DNA of 61,901 nucleotides, counting the filler, from Globobulimina sp. (lineage: Eukaryota), in the NCBI GenBank assembly GCA_003354225.1. It is 24 parts of 24 records of this genome, joined end to end, with 100 filler letters (N's around TTAATTAATTAA, not from the genome) between each part and the next. Parts side by side here need not be neighbours in the genome. Positions count along the whole stretch, not along the records: positions 59,421 to 61,901 come from PIVH01006425.1; 23 more parts are not named here. One strand, 5' to 3'. The position numbers were made by a program, and so were the translations under genes. Of this stretch, positions 60,005 to 61,901 are shown one piece after another. Every line of letters begins with the position of its first letter. Position 1 is the first letter of the stretch. The notes beneath the pieces were generated by a model. It searched no databases. It worked only from the letters and a program-made list of their open reading frames with translations, and was not told the DNA's origin.

Positions 60005-61703
60005 TTATGAACAAAGAAATATTTCAACTTCTTTTACTTTGAATGTTTGTTTACCACTGTTTAAATAATGTGATTGTAGCATATCATATGCAGATGTGCT
60101 TGTAGATGAGCCTGAGTATGCATTACAATTTGAATATATTATAATATCATATCCGGTTCCAAACCAACTCATAAAATTTGAAGCATGGTATACTGCTTTC
60201 TGTGTCTGTGTTTGTTTTAAATTAAAAATTTGTGGTTGATAATTATTGCTGGATCTAATAAGAAATAGGAAAGCATTGCCATCCGATTTAGATCCATTAT
60301 TATTACTTGTCCATGGCACTGATGAATAACCACCAAAAACATTGTTTGCATCCGTATGAATTATATGTACTGTCCTTCCTTTCTTATCACATTTTGTATG
60401 GAAATCCTGTGCATTCCATCCATCTCTACTCGCTCTATAAAGCAATTTAAATGTTTCACCAACCTTTTTATTGGATTCATTCATCAATTTCACAAATATA
60501 TTCTTTTCGTTTTTGCTCAGAATCAACGAATCAATAACTTGCAATTGTTTTTCTTTGTTTTTTGTGTTTTGTTTGTTTGTATTATAACATATACACTGTA
60601 CAATATATTACATTTATAATTAACTTGTTGTAAATGATATAATTTCTGAATACAGTGACCATCCAAATTCATTTTTACATTTTGATCGGAGTTTATATTT
60701 TTTATTATCACACAAATTTGTACATAAATATTCGGATTTATTTGTAAATGTTGCTAATTGTTTCCAGTTTGATTTCTTTTCATCTTCTTGGTCTGCATCG
60801 CCATCACCATTTATTTCCAAATTATAACATAAATTTGCTTTTGTTTCAGCAAACTCAATCTTTATTTATGTGAATTATAAATTAAAAAAACAAACAAAAT
60901 AAATACTAAACAGTGGCTGAATTGGAACGAGTTTGAATATCTTTTACATAAAATATTGGTGGATTTGGATAATTATAACTTTTTATATTACCAATAGTTT
61001 GAATAAAATCATCCATTTTGTTTCTATCAAATTCCACACTGACCATTGCCTCAAATTGTGGTTTATTCAAAATGTCCATAATATCATCATTTATATTTTT
61101 ATTAATTTCTAAAATTTTCATCTTTCTTTTTGTTTTATGCAAAGTGTCATCATTCAACAATTTGTTATGATTTGTTTGAGCTTTAAGCAATAATAATTAT
61201 TAAGATACACTTTAATATTATTCAGATGCAATGATATCTTTTCTTGTTTTTTATTCATTTCTTTTTTTGAATTTTCAGCTAATTTATCCATTCGAATGTT
61301 GATTTTTTCACAATTTCTTTTCGAAACTCATTTATTTGGTTTTCATTTTGTGTGGAGATATTATGTAAAATATTTAGATCTTTCTCCAATTTATTCAAAT
61401 ATTGCGTGGCTTCCTTCAGTTTGTTATGGATGCCATCCATCACAGTGTCTTCTTCCTGGCCCAATACAACAACAACACGTCAACTAATATTAATATTCAT
61501 TCCTTGTTGTAATTTTTTGACTGCTTTACTGAATCTACTCGCTAAGATACCATCCAATTTAAATTATATTCCTTTATTTCCTCCATCGACACATCCAACT
61601 CAATAAGCTGTGGTTTTGCTTTTAATAACTTATTTGCTGACAGCCATTCAATTAATGGGTCTTCACCATCAGCATCACCTTCCTTTGTCTCCATTTGAGA
61701 CAT
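60005..61703 (-). pseudogene. SAM-like + coiled-coil + FN3 + TLDc gene, disrupted in its 5' half
   Basis: TLDc LLYRASRDGWNAQDFHTKCD...NVFGGY...FKVKEVEIF. FN3 YKLRSKCKNEFGWSLYS. The N-terminus (ATG 61703, DPLIEWLSANKL) has apparent frameshifts near 61560, 61305 and 61190, and an in-frame TGA near 61481. Confidence 0.7.
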
Positions 61704-61901
61704 TGATTATTGAGTAATTTTCAAGTAAGGCTAAGGAAAAAACTTCTGGCAACGCACCAACCAATATGTGATTAATTCAGACTTGTCAATATATAAACAG
61801 CCAGTATTCTCAGCCATCACTTTAACATTTTGAATTCCAATCGAATGAATGATGAATTTGAGAGCAGATTCTTTGATAATACAGCGCTGATTTGAATTAT
61901 T

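Noticed and set aside
61470-61490. In-frame TGA/TAA stops suggesting codon reassignment or selenocysteine
   Set aside because: Conserved genes here end normally in TAA, TAG and TGA (acyl-CoA ligase, FKBP, Rab28). This TGA lies in a gene that also has frameshifts, and no SECIS was seen.

Overview
This window is not contiguous DNA. It consists of 24 unrelated contigs of about 2.48 kb, sorted by size and joined by 100-nt N-spacers that carry the six-frame stop linker TTAATTAATTAA, so gene neighbourhoods only mean something within one contig. Most contigs look like an AT-rich eukaryotic protist genome with mostly ~55-80 nt GT-AG introns. The expanded SAM/MATH/TLDc/SPRY-like/ART-like/Gly-rich families suggest a foraminiferan or other rhizarian (inference). 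Recognisable genes: a cyclic-nucleotide-binding channel, a primase-only Twinkle-like protein, nucleoplasmin-FKBP, a CRT-like transporter, a peroxisomal AlkK/DmdB-type acyl-CoA ligase, Rab28, ORMDL, an HDHD3-like HAD hydrolase, syntaxin, eIF2-beta, a Cys-less pentameric ligand-gated channel and a C39-like peptidase. Retroelements: two LINEs, a Ty3/Gypsy element, and a Penelope element with a minimal hammerhead ribozyme. The most striking observations are: (1) a type-I surface receptor built from seven near-identical 180-nt RCC1 blades, each with a unique hypervariable di-residue; (2) a catalytically dead F1-ATPase beta-subunit paralogue fused to an unknown domain; (3) active-looking and dead-looking members of an ADP-ribosyltransferase-like family; (4) a stand-alone mitochondrial primase. 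All protein calls come from motif recognition by eye, not from database searches.
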